Made by a program: the position numbers and the translations under genes
Shown here: positions 27,869 through 36,429 of the stretch, piece by piece
Position numbering within the stretch: the first letter of the stretch is position 1
Layout of the letters: the number at the start of each line of letters is the position of its first letter
Notes under the pieces: model-generated
The model's input: the letters and a program-made list of their open reading frames with translations, nothing else
Told to the model about the DNA's origin: nothing
The model's database searches: none
From: Candidatus Micrarchaeota archaeon
GTDB lineage: Archaea; Micrarchaeota; Micrarchaeia; Anstonellales; Bilamarchaeaceae
Assembly: GCA_043803165.1 (NCBI GenBank)
Contig: JAZDKI010000020.1
Location: 1-55,173 of the forward strand
DNA length: 55,173 bases
Direction of reading: 5' to 3'

Positions 27869-28435
27869 ATGCTCGTAGTCTTCGAAGGGATAGACGGTTG
27901 CGGGAAGGACACCCAGATCAAGCTGCTTCTCGAGAAGCACCCTGAGGCCGTCGTCTTCAAGTATCCGACCAAGAACTTCCAGATGCTAAACGACTATCTG
28001 GAGAAGAAGCTCGAGCTTGCCCCCACATCCCTTTTCCTCCTTTTCCTCTCGGACATCGCGAACGAGCAGGCGAAAGTGAAGGCGGCCCTCGAGACCGGCA
28101 AGATGGTGGTATTGGACAGGTATGTCTTCTCCACGATAGCCTATGAGCTCAACGAGCTCCATTATCCGCAGGCGAAGAAGATCGTCGAAGGGATAAACTT
28201 CATCAAGCCCGACTGCGTATTGCTGCTCGACATAACCCCCGAGGTCTCACAGGAGAGGAAAAGCAGGCAGAAGCAGCTCGACCGGTATGAGGAGAACAGG
28301 GAATACCTCCGCAGGGTGCGGGAAGACTTCATCAGGCTCGAAGAGGAAAAGTTTTTAACACCGAATTGGCACAAGATAGATGCGACAAAGGGCGTGGAGG
28401 AAGTGTTTTCAAAGATCCTGCGCGTCCTGAAGTAG
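27869..28435 (+). CDS. tmk: thymidylate kinase
   Basis: The P-loop MLVVFEGIDGCGKDTQ and the DRY motif (VLDRYVFS) are present. Length is 188 aa. Confidence 0.85.
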   Translation: MLVVFEGIDGCGKDTQIKLLLEKHPEAVVFKYPTKNFQMLNDYLEKKLELAPTSLFLLFLSDIANEQAKVKAALETGKMVVLDRYVFSTIAYELNELHYPQAKKIVEGINFIKPDCVLLLDITPEVSQERKSRQKQLDRYEENREYLRRVREDFIRLEEEKFLTPNWHKIDATKGVEEVFSKILRVLK

Positions 28436-28439
28436 CAAA

Positions 28440-28671
28440 GCTCCGTTCGTCTAGAGGCCTTTTGGCTTCTGCATCTCTCATGCCAAAAGCCCTGGGAAAA
28501 TGCGTGAGGCAGAAAAAGTCGGAAGGCCGGGCTGACCGGTCAAGGATAGTGGACTTTCAAGCACCTTTTTGAAAAAAGGTGCTCCAAAGACTTTATTATA
28601 AGTTTTGGGGCGCCTTTTACCAAAAGGCGCAAAGTCCTCCATCGACCTGGGTTCAAATCCCAGACGGAGCA
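28440..28671 (+). tRNA. tRNA-Glu(UUC) interrupted by two introns (D-loop and anticodon loop)
   Basis: Acceptor GCTCCGT (28440-28446) pairs perfectly with ACGGAGC (28664-28670), followed by discriminator A. The T arm is CTGGG-TTCAAAT-CCCAG (28647-28663). The D stem is GTCT/GGAT. The anticodon arm GTGGA-CTTTCAA (28549-28560) closes with TCCAT (28638-28642), giving anticodon TTC. This fold needs removal of about 80 nt in the D loop (~28460-28540) and about 77 nt at or next to position 37/38 (~28560-28637). The mature length is about 75 nt, and no CCA is encoded. Confidence 0.7.
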
Positions 28672-28732
28672 TCCCACTTTTTTGAAAAAAGTGGGGTCAA
28701 AAACAGATTGTTTGTCGACCCTCAGGGTCGAC

Positions 28733-29560
28733 CTAATCCCCTTTCCTTAATAGGAACAACTTGCCCATTCCATACTCAAGCTCGTCCTGCCCCTCCAGCC
28801 TGAGTCCTGCCGCTTCTGCCATCTCAATGTTGGGGGCAGGCTCGTTCTCTAGAACGAAATGCACGACGCATCCATCCGCGTTCACCAATCTCCCAAAGTG
28901 CTCCTGGGCATTAAACTCAATGAACTCTTTTATCTCTCCATATAACGGCATGTCTGTGATATGTTCGCCCTGCCTCGCAAGAATATTCCAATTAAGCTGA
29001 TGTGTTGAAGATCCTAGAGGGAACCCGAAGAACATGGAAGTAAAAACGATGTCGAATTCCCCAATATCCCTTCTTACGTTTTCATCTAATTCATAAAGAG
29101 AAACCGGTATGAACCGCCTTCCTTCCTCATGGTCGCGCATAAGACTTGGACTTAGGGCTGGATCCACTCCGACATATGAAGATAAATTGATCCCCAATCC
29201 TCTCAATATCTTGAGTACTTCGGTCTCTCTATTCTCGGTCGGCCCACAACCGACATCTATCAAACTCTTCCCTTCCAGTGCGCCGACGAGCACTGAGAGC
29301 TTGCGCAGCAATTTCTCCCCCCTGTAGGAACCTATAGAAACACCCTTGCCAGGTATCTGCCAACTATAGTTTATCGGATCTGGTGATAGCTTCAGCGAAT
29401 TGAGTAGCCGTGCAATCCTGGCGACTCCATCCGGCATCCTGGGGGTTATCTCGATGGGCTTGCGCTGCGATACCACACATCTTCTTAGGATGCAAAGTCT
29501 TATAATAACACTTTTAGCAACTATAAACCGGAATTTCCCGAAAGCACTATTAAATTTCAT
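28733..29560 (-). CDS. SAM-dependent methyltransferase-like protein
   Basis: The motif I-like sequence SLIDVGCGPTE and a downstream acidic/VGVDP block suggest a methyltransferase. GC is lower than in neighbouring genes. The N-terminal 40 aa are doubtful, and an internal start at MPDGVARIA is possible. Confidence 0.5.
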   Translation of the reverse strand: MKFNSAFGKFRFIVAKSVIIRLCILRRCVVSQRKPIEITPRMPDGVARIARLLNSLKLSPDPINYSWQIPGKGVSIGSYRGEKLLRKLSVLVGALEGKSLIDVGCGPTENRETEVLKILRGLGINLSSYVGVDPALSPSLMRDHEEGRRFIPVSLYELDENVRRDIGEFDIVFTSMFFGFPLGSSTHQLNWNILARQGEHITDMPLYGEIKEFIEFNAQEHFGRLVNADGCVVHFVLENEPAPNIEMAEAAGLRLEGQDELEYGMGKLFLLRKGD

Positions 29561-29565
29561 GCGAA

Positions 29566-29766
29566 TTGTTGGGGTCTATGCGCATCCTGATAATAGCGCT
29601 TCTCATGTTTCCGCTATCGCTAGCGGTAAACACCACATACCGCCTCGACATGTCCATGGCATACACATGCCCCGGCGACATCCTTTGGGTGAATGCCGCT
29701 GCTTCGAACGGCGATCCAGCGCCCGATTTGGAGCTCCGCCTTCACGTTCCTAATGCTTATCGCTAG
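29566..29766 (+). pseudogene. 5' fragment of a paralog of the 32231-32821 secreted-protein gene
   Basis: MRILIIALLMFPLSLAVNTTYRLDMSMAYTCPGDILWVNAAASNGDPAPDLELRL aligns with MRLFAISLLMFSVSLAANTTYRLDLEMHAECPGDMLIVDAVASNGEPAPDVELRL. Similarity ends at about 29745, and a stop follows at 29764. Confidence 0.65.
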
Positions 29767-30053
29767 TTCATCAAATGATTTTCTAATGGCTTCAAGTTGA
29801 GCCAGATTGATTACTTTGAGTATATCATTTTTGTTTATCTTCACCATCATTCCCACCTCATGCATCCAAGATACGGTTCTTCATCCGTAAAAGCAAGTAT
29901 AGTAGGTGGGTCCGTAAAAAGCTTTAGACTTATCGGGATGGTTTATATTCTTAATGATGGTGTAGAATATTATCAAAATTTACGTCATAAAACAGAGATT
30001 TTAACTCTAGATAGGATTCTCAGACGGAGCATTTTTCTCTCTAAAAGGAGACG

Positions 30054-30064
30054 TTAAAAATATT
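30054..30064 (+). promoter_or_regulatory. TATA-like box (TTAAAAATATT)
   Basis: The box lies 17 nt upstream of the ATG at 30082. Confidence 0.4.
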
Positions 30065-30081
30065 GCATCCCTCATTCCTGC

Positions 30082-30672
30082 ATGGTGCCGAAAAATCTTC
30101 TTCTTTTAGCGGTTTCATTAGCGCTGGTCCTGGCGCTCTTGGGGTGCGTAAGCAAGGAGCAGAGGTACGCGAAGGAACTGAATGACCCCCAGCTATGCAA
30201 CAACCAGTCCCTCGCGGGCGATAGGCTTGAATGCTTCGAATATGTCTCAACTACGCAGAACAAGCCGGAGTATTGCGAATACTACATTGGGAAAAAGGTC
30301 GATTGCTACACCCGCGTCGCCTCAGAGATGGGAAAGCCGGAGGTCTGCGACCATCTGACCGACCCCAAAGAGGTGTACACCTGCAAGGGCATGGTGGGGG
30401 GCGAAATGGCGGTGGATTTCATATCCGATTTCATGGGCGAAAAGGATCCAAAATGCCTGGACGGGTGCTTGGAAAAGCTTAACGAGTGCACTGCCAGATA
30501 CGACAAGGTGTATAATGACGACCTGAAGCGCTGCGCAGAGATCGAGGCGATAGGCGCCAATCCGGATGTTGCCCCGCAGGCCGGCCCCTGCGAGGCCCAA
30601 GCGAAAGAGCATTGGGACACCGGCAAAGACGGCTGCGAGTCGGCCCGAAAGGCCTGCGATGGCACATGCTGA
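30082..30672 (+). CDS. Cys-rich putative lipoprotein
   Basis: The signal ends in the lipobox-like LALLGC. The mature part contains 14 Cys. I recognise no domain. Confidence 0.65.
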   Translation: MVPKNLLLLAVSLALVLALLGCVSKEQRYAKELNDPQLCNNQSLAGDRLECFEYVSTTQNKPEYCEYYIGKKVDCYTRVASEMGKPEVCDHLTDPKEVYTCKGMVGGEMAVDFISDFMGEKDPKCLDGCLEKLNECTARYDKVYNDDLKRCAEIEAIGANPDVAPQAGPCEAQAKEHWDTGKDGCESARKACDGTC

Positions 30673-30676
30673 GGCG

Positions 30677-32140
30677 TCAATCCCCGCCCTTGTAGCAGGT
30701 CTCGGTCACTTCGGTATGGGTCGTGACCGAGGATTTCATGTTCGTGTTGGAGATTATCAAATAGATGTAGTCCGAACGGTCCCAGTCGAATCCGTATTCC
30801 GTCTCCATCACCTGCTCCTCCCCGTAATACCTGATGAAGGTGCGCTGATGCGAATAGTCGTCATATCCGTCCTCGTCGGTCAAATACCAGTCCAGCGGCT
30901 TTGTGGAAAGGGACTTTATCCGGATGTCATAGTGGCAGTACTCGAAGTCCGGCACGTTCTCCTTCCAGGGCGGGATGTAATAGTAGTAATGGTATGCCGG
31001 CCTCAGTATCTGGGTCTCATTCAACCGGACCAGAGGTCCGTATTCCGTGCCGCGGGTGATGGGCGACTTGAGCAGCTCCGGGTCGCGGTTGCAGTCGAGC
31101 AGGTAATATACGGTGGTGGCATTCATGCATTCCGGTATTGTGTTGCCCGGGTAATATCCGCCTGCCGTGTCGAAGATGAACCAGTTCTCGGTCTCGTTGT
31201 TCCTGTTGAGGGATGTATGCCATTGGGGGTAGGTCCCTTCGACGATGTCATAATGCGCCCAAACGGCATTGTTCAGGTATTCGGCGTCCTGGCCGGTCCC
31301 GAGGTATACCTCGGAAAATGCGTGCCTGCAATCGGGGATGTAGAGTATGCGCGCTGAGCCGCCTATCGATTCCACCATGGACGCGATGAGCACAGCCTGG
31401 TTCTTGCAGTCTCCCGATTCCGTTTTGAGGGTCTCGTTGGGGGGATATGGCGGCCACATGTCGATGGGCACGCTCTGGTAGAACACGTTCGCATGCACCC
31501 AGTCATACACATCAAGCAGCTGGTTGAGGGAGAACTCCCCTGGATGCTCTGCTATCGCCTCTGCCGAGGCCTCTCTGACATCTAGGTCTTCCGGGACTAT
31601 CTTGTCGCAGTATTCGTCGTACATATAGTCGCATGGCGGGCTGTACCGGTTTTCATTGCAGTTGTACCATCCCGGTCCGGCGAGCCACTCGCCGGGAAGC
31701 ACGGTGAACCCGACCGTCTTCGAAGCGCTCAGGCCGTCGCTGTCAAGGGCTTCTATGCTCATGGTGTAGTTTCCAGGCGTTTTCATGCTCTCTTGATAGA
31801 AACCAGGATATGTGTAATTTTCCGGGAATATCTCGTTTTGTTCGAGCCCTTTGGCGAAGGCCAACCCGTCCAACTTGAATTCGCATGAGACGAGGTTGGC
31901 ATCCGGGTCGTAGCACACATAAGTGAACGTCGGGTAGAACGGGCTAGGGCCGCTGGCCGAATCCAGGGTCAAATCGACTTGCGGAGGCCTGTTCTCGATC
32001 GGCGCCGGGGTCTGGTTCGTCTGGTTTTCCTGGATTGCCGTATCCGCCGTCCCGCAGCATCCCGGGAACAATGCAAATGCGATTAGCGCTATTGCGATCA
32101 TCATGGTCGCTATGCGACCCTGCCTGGTGGCGATACGCAT
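30677..32140 (-). CDS. secreted transglutaminase-like protein (putative cysteine protease fold) with N-terminal Ig/PKD-like region
   Basis: The signal has an FPGC lipobox-like end. The core is ESGDCKNQAVLIASMVESIGG ... CRHAFSEVYL ... FIFDTAGG, i.e. Cys/His/Asp spaced as in the transglutaminase-like superfamily. Confidence 0.7.
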   Translation of the reverse strand: MRIATRQGRIATMMIAIALIAFALFPGCCGTADTAIQENQTNQTPAPIENRPPQVDLTLDSASGPSPFYPTFTYVCYDPDANLVSCEFKLDGLAFAKGLEQNEIFPENYTYPGFYQESMKTPGNYTMSIEALDSDGLSASKTVGFTVLPGEWLAGPGWYNCNENRYSPPCDYMYDEYCDKIVPEDLDVREASAEAIAEHPGEFSLNQLLDVYDWVHANVFYQSVPIDMWPPYPPNETLKTESGDCKNQAVLIASMVESIGGSARILYIPDCRHAFSEVYLGTGQDAEYLNNAVWAHYDIVEGTYPQWHTSLNRNNETENWFIFDTAGGYYPGNTIPECMNATTVYYLLDCNRDPELLKSPITRGTEYGPLVRLNETQILRPAYHYYYYIPPWKENVPDFEYCHYDIRIKSLSTKPLDWYLTDEDGYDDYSHQRTFIRYYGEEQVMETEYGFDWDRSDYIYLIISNTNMKSSVTTHTEVTETCYKGGD

Positions 32141-32230
32141 GAGTGGACTATGGGATTAAGGAATATAACCCTTTATCAAAGCCGAGCGCTTTATAACGGG
32201 TTTCGGGAAGATATGTTCCGGCAGGTCCAT

Positions 32231-32821
32231 ATGCGTCTCTTCGCGATATCACTTCTCATGTTCTCCGTCTCGCTGGCGGCCAACACCACCTACCGGCTCG
32301 ACCTTGAGATGCACGCAGAATGCCCGGGGGACATGCTGATCGTCGACGCCGTCGCATCCAACGGCGAGCCCGCCCCGGATGTCGAATTGCGCCTCGTCCT
32401 TTACGAGCCTTACCAGGGCCTCCGGGCGCTCAAGCACACCGATTATAGCGGCCACACGGCATTCGAACTCACGAAGAACGGGACATACCGGATATATATC
32501 AACACCGATACGTATAACGCCAAGGATTACGAGATATTCCGATATCCGGAGAGATGCCCGCCCCCTCCGCCCAAGAAGCTGTTCGCGGTCGTAGAGGTGG
32601 ACTGCGATGGCATGTCCGTGAAGGCGAATGTGACAGACGGCGGATCGCCCGTCGGGGGGGTATTCGCCAGGACCCTGCACTGGTCTTCCATGAGCGGCAA
32701 AGACGGCCTTGTCTCCCTCCCACTGGAAGAGGACGACTATTTTCTGGCGGTCGGAGACGGGGATCGGGAAGGATTCGTCGTTTTCGGGGATATCTGCAGA
32801 TCCTCTTTTGATGCCACCTGA
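32231..32821 (+). CDS. secreted hypothetical protein (full-length copy of the 29566 fragment)
   Basis: The start is set at MRLFAISLLMFSVSLA (ATG 32231), which begins a signal peptide. The ORF-track start at 32150 adds a non-signal leader. Confidence 0.6.
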   Translation: MRLFAISLLMFSVSLAANTTYRLDLEMHAECPGDMLIVDAVASNGEPAPDVELRLVLYEPYQGLRALKHTDYSGHTAFELTKNGTYRIYINTDTYNAKDYEIFRYPERCPPPPPKKLFAVVEVDCDGMSVKANVTDGGSPVGGVFARTLHWSSMSGKDGLVSLPLEEDDYFLAVGDGDREGFVVFGDICRSSFDAT

Positions 32822-32928
32822 TAAGCTAGCCACAGTGCGGGCAGATCCATTTGGATAGGCATTCCTTATCGGACTACGTCAACCTGGCTTTTGGGCAACC
32901 ATTTTAACCTATAGCGAGAAAGCCACCC

Positions 32929-35900
32929 ATGGCGGATGGTATTCGCAGGCATATACCTGTCATCCTGGTCCTAGCGGTTTCGCTGTGTTTTTTCGGCTGC
33001 CTCGAGCAGCTCCAGTCGTTTTTCGGCGGGCAAAGCGTTGGACCCGAAGACACATTCGGGCCGAGGCTGGACGCCATGAACAACCAGATAGCGTCAGCAA
33101 GCACGGCACCGAACGTCGCATCGCTTCGCACGCAGGTGGAAGCTATCGAATCCGAGATCGAATCGGACGGCAATTTCCCGCTATACCTCCATCTCACAGA
33201 AGCCCAGCTCCTCACCCTGGACATGATCGGCCTCCACCTCTCCTATGTCGAGGAAGTCGGAAAATACTCGGAAGGCGTGGACTGCGGCAGGGACTATTCA
33301 TCGCTGTTTTCCCAGATGGAAGGGGCGGAAGCGAAGATGGACGAAGCCCAGCGCAAGGTATCGGCATACATTTCGGCAAACCCGGGCTCGACCGCGGAGA
33401 AACTCAAGGCCCGCCTGGATTCGATCGATGCTTCCGGGATGGGCATATTCGTCGTGATGATGGAGCGGGATATCGGCCGGGACTGCCTCGAATCCGAGAC
33501 CCCCGCCCAGGCATATGCGATTCCGATCTCCCGCGAGGACGCGATACGCCTCGTGGTGAGCGAAGTCGTCGGCTCCAACGATTACTACGTCTTTTCCCCA
33601 GGGGAGGATCCCCTTCCTGCAGGCACGGTGGTGACATCAACGCGCGGGGAGAAGGATTTCAACTTCACCTTGGACGGCGATACGTGGTTCTTTTTCGTAG
33701 ATACGGCCCCGCAAGCGCCTTTCGCGCACGACGCCTTTTTCGTATTCGTCGATGTGGAAAGCGCGGAATTCACGGTCTCCAACGAATCGTTCTACCCGAT
33801 CATCGACGGCGTCTCGTATTTCCCGGGGATCGAAGACCGCACTGACGCATATTGGAGGGTATATCCTGATCCTTCAGAAGGCAACCTGAGCATGGGTCTC
33901 TCCGGACAAACCCACACATCCACCCGGCTCGGGTTCCCGGCATACGCGATAGCGAACGTTCCAGATGGGACCACGGTCCCAGTGGCGCAGGAGCGATGCT
34001 GCGAGGGGGTCGGCAAGAAGCGCGCCCTGATAGTGACAGGCTACGACGAGCCCATGTTCCGGGGGGATACGAAGAGGATGTACGATTATCTCATCGGGCA
34101 GGGTTACGCTGACGGCGATATCATATACCTTACAGCCAAAGCGAATGAATCCAACAGCGACGGCCAGACGACCCTGGCAAGCCTCACGGACGGTTTCAAC
34201 ACGCTGATGCGCAGCTCGGTATGCTGCGACAAGGTCTTCATCTACGTCTCGACGCACGGCATGTCCACGTATTACTACAAATACCTGAACATACGGACAG
34301 GGGAGGCGAAGTGGGTCCCATCGGTGGCGAGCTTCGGGGCAGACGTCCCGAACTGGATATTCGCCGGTGAATACAAGAAATTCCACTGGGTCAACATGAA
34401 CCCGCGCTTCCGTAAGGCGACGCCGGGCGGAGGCATCGAGGAGGGCGGGAGCGCGCAGGGCGTGGCGCAGGTCTTCGACTCCCAATTCGACCTGTGGCTG
34501 GACGGCATCAAGTCCTGCGATTTAACATTCATGTATTTCTCGTGCTACAGCGGGGCGGCCTCAGGCAATCTCAAAGGGCCTGGAAGGACGATAATAACCC
34601 CTGTCGAGGACAATCCGGCCTGGGGGCTGACACGCCCCTATCAGAATATGGGGGCGGGGGGCGTCTTCAGCCACTTCTTCCTCCAGGCCAAGACCAACGC
34701 CTCAATCAGCGCCGAAGCCGACAAGGACGGGACGCCCGGCGTCTCGGACAAGGAAGCCTATGAATGGGCGAAGCCAAAAGCGAAAACCTTCATCAGCACC
34801 AATTTCCATGAGAATAACAGCGCCACCTGGACCGATCCGGGTCCGTGCAGGTGCTGCTATGTGCCCTGCGACGAATCCACCAGTTATCGGTGCGTCGTCA
34901 AGGAAGGCAACAAGACCGACTGCCCGGACTGCAAGAAGGTCGGGGACTACTGCGGGCCGGATCTGAGCCCAGAAGCCCCATATGACCAGCCTCCACAGAC
35001 CGGCAACGGGACGACGGAAGGCAACGGCACCGGCCAAGAGCCGCCCGAAGAGGATGTGCCCCCGGTATGCGGCGACGGCAAGGTCACGGGCAATGAAGGC
35101 TGCGACTACGGCAGCACAAACACCAACAAATGCTCCGAGGGCCACTACTGCCATGACAGCTGCGTATGCAAGAAGCTCGAGACATCCGTGGTCTGCGGAG
35201 ACGGCAAGATATCCCTCCCGAACGAGGAGTGCGATGGGGGGAATGTGAAATTCAACATCTGCCCGACCGGCTTCTCCTGCAAGATATGCAAGTGCGTCCA
35301 GACGCAGGGCCAATGCGGGGACGGCTTGGTGGATCCCCCTGAGGAATGCGACCACGGCAACAGCTACACCGACGACTGCTCGATGGGAAAGACATGCCAC
35401 GACTGCAGATGCTATCTCCCTGAGGATGTGCCGGAAGACGGGCTGCCTCCTGGGGAAGCCTACTGCGGCAATGACGAGCAGGAAGGCGATGAGGAATGCG
35501 ACGGAAGCGATGATCTTGCCTGCGGGGATGACGAATACTGCTCCGGATGCGTCTGCGTAGAGGACACCGGATGCGGCGATGGCGAACGCGAAGGCAACGA
35601 GGAGTGCGACGGAACGGGTGATCTCGCCTGCGGGGAAGACGAGGTCTGCGGCCCGGGCTGCACCTGCGTGGATGAGGCTGCCGAGTGCGGCAACCAGCAG
35701 GTCGAAGCCGGGGAAGAATGCGAGGACGATTCCGACTGCGGATCAGGAGAGACCTGCGACCAATGCCTCTGCTGGGAGGAGCCCGAATACTGCGGGGACG
35801 GGAAAGTGAACGGAAACGAGGGGTGCGATCCCGACGCTTCGCCGACAGGATGCAGCGAGAACCAGGCATGCGGATCTAACTGCGAATGCGTATCGCCTCC

Positions 35901-36198
35901 GGATTTGAACTGCGAATCGGTCTGCGCCTTGACAAGCGGGGCCCAGGTAATAGCCAGCGGCCTGAGCTCCCAGAGCGAGTGCCAGGCTGCGGCATCCCAG
36001 TTCTTCACCAGCCAGACCTGCTACACCACCTGCAAGTACTCGTGGTTCTATCGGGTGGACAACATCGCAGGATTCGACAGCTGCTGCTGCGGGATGAAGA
36101 AGCAGTTCCCCTGCTCGGATTGCCCTGGCCAGAATCCCGTCTGCCCGCCATCGGAGACCACCTGCGCGGCGAACGCCCCGAGCTGGCATTCGCCCTGA
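32929..36198 (+). CDS. surface lipoprotein with legumain-like (clan CD, C13-type) peptidase domain and seven Cys-rich repeat modules
   Basis: The signal ends in the lipobox-like FFGC. The His block VFIYVSTHG (His codon 34254-34256) and Cys block FMYFSCYSGA (Cys codon 34543-34545) match the legumain/GPI8 pattern (FIYFTDHG / YIEACESG). Modules of the form CGDGxxxxxEECD run from 35068 to 35889. Confidence 0.75.
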   Translation: MADGIRRHIPVILVLAVSLCFFGCLEQLQSFFGGQSVGPEDTFGPRLDAMNNQIASASTAPNVASLRTQVEAIESEIESDGNFPLYLHLTEAQLLTLDMIGLHLSYVEEVGKYSEGVDCGRDYSSLFSQMEGAEAKMDEAQRKVSAYISANPGSTAEKLKARLDSIDASGMGIFVVMMERDIGRDCLESETPAQAYAIPISREDAIRLVVSEVVGSNDYYVFSPGEDPLPAGTVVTSTRGEKDFNFTLDGDTWFFFVDTAPQAPFAHDAFFVFVDVESAEFTVSNESFYPIIDGVSYFPGIEDRTDAYWRVYPDPSEGNLSMGLSGQTHTSTRLGFPAYAIANVPDGTTVPVAQERCCEGVGKKRALIVTGYDEPMFRGDTKRMYDYLIGQGYADGDIIYLTAKANESNSDGQTTLASLTDGFNTLMRSSVCCDKVFIYVSTHGMSTYYYKYLNIRTGEAKWVPSVASFGADVPNWIFAGEYKKFHWVNMNPRFRKATPGGGIEEGGSAQGVAQVFDSQFDLWLDGIKSCDLTFMYFSCYSGAASGNLKGPGRTIITPVEDNPAWGLTRPYQNMGAGGVFSHFFLQAKTNASISAEADKDGTPGVSDKEAYEWAKPKAKTFISTNFHENNSATWTDPGPCRCCYVPCDESTSYRCVVKEGNKTDCPDCKKVGDYCGPDLSPEAPYDQPPQTGNGTTEGNGTGQEPPEEDVPPVCGDGKVTGNEGCDYGSTNTNKCSEGHYCHDSCVCKKLETSVVCGDGKISLPNEECDGGNVKFNICPTGFSCKICKCVQTQGQCGDGLVDPPEECDHGNSYTDDCSMGKTCHDCRCYLPEDVPEDGLPPGEAYCGNDEQEGDEECDGSDDLACGDDEYCSGCVCVEDTGCGDGEREGNEECDGTGDLACGEDEVCGPGCTCVDEAAECGNQQVEAGEECEDDSDCGSGETCDQCLCWEEPEYCGDGKVNGNEGCDPDASPTGCSENQACGSNCECVSPPDLNCESVCALTSGAQVIASGLSSQSECQAAASQFFTSQTCYTTCKYSWFYRVDNIAGFDSCCCGMKKQFPCSDCPGQNPVCPPSETTCAANAPSWHSP
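35068..35889 (+). repeat. seven tandem Cys-rich modules (CGDGK-x4-NE(E/G)CD-...-C-x-C), 35-50 aa each
   Basis: The first Cys codons of the modules are at 35068, 35194, 35314, 35464, 35572, 35686 and 35791. The pattern matches the Cys-rich repeat known from myxobacterial and eukaryotic surface proteins. Confidence 0.8.
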
Positions 36199-36429
36199 TT
36201 TTTTCATTTTTCCCTTTTCTTTGTTTCGTCCAGCGTCAGTTCCCGGAGCCCAGGAGAAGCAGGAGGCGAACGGGTCCTAGTCGATAATGAGAAGAGCCTA
36301 GAAATGCAGAATAAGGGACCAGCGCCAGTCAAACATGAGCGGGCTTCCACTTGAAAGCTCGCTTCGCTCGTTTTCAAGATCGCCCACTTTTCGTGAGGAA
36401 AGACGAAAGCACAATAGGACGAGCTTATG

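Larger units (their letters stand above)
28673..30032. mobile_element. putative remnant of a tRNA-targeted integrated element (no integrase present)
   Basis: A 12-bp exact direct repeat CAGACGGAGCAT occurs at 28661-28672 (the tRNA 3' end) and again at 30021-30032. The interval has lower GC than its neighbours and holds a methyltransferase-like gene, a truncated gene fragment and an AT-rich stretch (29760-30060). Confidence 0.35.

Noticed and set aside
29620-29865. An 81-aa minus-strand ORF (MHEVGMMVKINKNDILKVINLAQLEAIRKSF...) considered as a small antitoxin-like gene.
   Set aside because: Its C-terminal two thirds run antisense through the truncated paralog fragment. At most the first ~35 codons could be a remnant of a disrupted gene, which is not enough to call.
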